From positions 1-5,997 of the forward strand of contig NW_021829685.1 of assembly GCF_006345805.1 (NCBI RefSeq): a DNA stretch of 5,997 bases, written 5' to 3'. Under the pieces are notes generated by a model. It was given only the letters and a program-made list of their open reading frames with translations, did no database searches and was not told the origin of the DNA. This DNA comes from Octopus sinensis. Its lineage: Eukaryota. The position numbers and the translations under genes were made by a program. Positions 5,483 to 5,997 of this stretch are shown here, piece by piece. The stretch's first letter is position 1, and the number at the start of each line of letters is the position of its first letter.

Positions 5483-5891
5483 TGTTCTTCAGAGGGCGCT
5501 GTCAGTGCTGCTTCGTCTGTGAACAGCATTTCTCTGACGAGTACCTGGCGCACCATGGATTTTGCTTTTAGCCTCAACTGACTAAACAGTTTGCCGCTTG
5601 ATCTGATGTCCCAAATATACGCTTCAGCATGACTTCGTACACACCAAAAAATGTCACGGGCGGCTGCAGAAGCTTCGTAACTTTGATTGACAGCGAAGAG
5701 TCAAGTATCGAAAATACTGTTTTGACACTCAAAGTTGATGTGTGAAAGACGAAATAGGAATTTTGAAAGCAGTTTCTATAAAATTAGATTTAAAACATTG
5801 AATGGCTATAAGGGTGGAGAAAGGGAGAGGGGGTGAAGAAAATGGTTCTAGGGTAGTGGAGAAGGGGTTGGGGTGAAGTTTGATAGGGTGT

Positions 5892-5921
5892 GGTGGCGGT
5901 GGTGGTGGTGGTGGTGGAGGT
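5892..5921. repeat. (GGT)n microsatellite
   Basis: ggtggcggtggtggtggtggtggtggaggt. Confidence 0.9.
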
Positions 5922-5977
5922 ATATTATAGGGCGTGTTAAGCGGATGGAGGGCAGATGTGATATTCAGGCTGATAGT

Positions 5978-5997
5978 GGCGGAGGTGGTGGTGGTGG
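5978..5997. repeat. (GGT)n microsatellite running off the window
   Basis: ggcggaggtggtggtggtgg. Confidence 0.85.

Larger units (their letters stand above)
3619..5720 (-). mobile_element. decayed, 5'-truncated RTE-clade LINE (RT domain to 3' end)
   Basis: On -: RSSGKLF..LRLKAKSMVRQVLVREMLFTDEAAL (FADD-equivalent at 5512-5523 mutated), FTYLDSTI..DLSLD..I..RI..A..TFARLTKRVWEN, LSTLFYGSETWSLYSRQERRLNVFHLRNLRRIL, LLYGEL..G.R.RGRP, RDCHSRVGLY. The 3' UTR ends GAGACTGACGGATGCC + (CTA)n. The 5' boundary is approximate. Confidence 0.9.

Noticed and set aside
4673-5577. ORFs 4673-5116, 4929-5213, 4947-5162, 5159-5377, 5265-5522 and 5308-5577 as genes
   Set aside because: They are frameshifted pieces or antisense frames of the triplicated RTE segment, and the catalytic FADD is FTDE.
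5740-5765. AGACGAAATAGG as another SINE fragment, or as the RTE's 5' TSD
   Set aside because: Only about 10 nt match the SINE, and there is no convincing match to the sequence flanking the RTE tail at 3600-3618.

Overview
This is repeat-saturated eukaryotic DNA with no intact protein-coding gene. The dominant SINE looks, from recall and unverified, like the tRNA-derived octopus OK/OR-type SINEs, so it is probably an octopod cephalopod intergenic or intronic region. The window is a nest of mobile elements. (1) Three tRNA-derived SINE arrays (399-980 +, 1140-1736 -, 2134-2734 +) each consist of one Pol III head plus exactly three head-less ~184-bp units with an invariant junction AAAGAAATA|GGTATTTC. 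One monomer of the same family lies at 3686-3909 (-) and a 34-bp orphan junction fragment at 5416-5449. (2) A decayed Tc1/mariner transposon (1895-~3610, -) is split by one SINE trimer and by a ~425-bp MITE with perfect 30-bp TIRs. (3) A decayed RTE-clade LINE (3619-~5720, -) has a (CTA)n tail, an internal ~317-bp tandem triplication and a 125-bp orphan insert. (4) Microsatellites fill both ends. The most interesting signal is the SINE multimer system. The unit starts at the loop of the head's anticodon-like hairpin, its two ends are complementary, whole trimers are flanked by candidate TSDs, and units carry array-private as well as mosaic variants. The listed ORFs are either transposon remnants or spurious frames over repeats.
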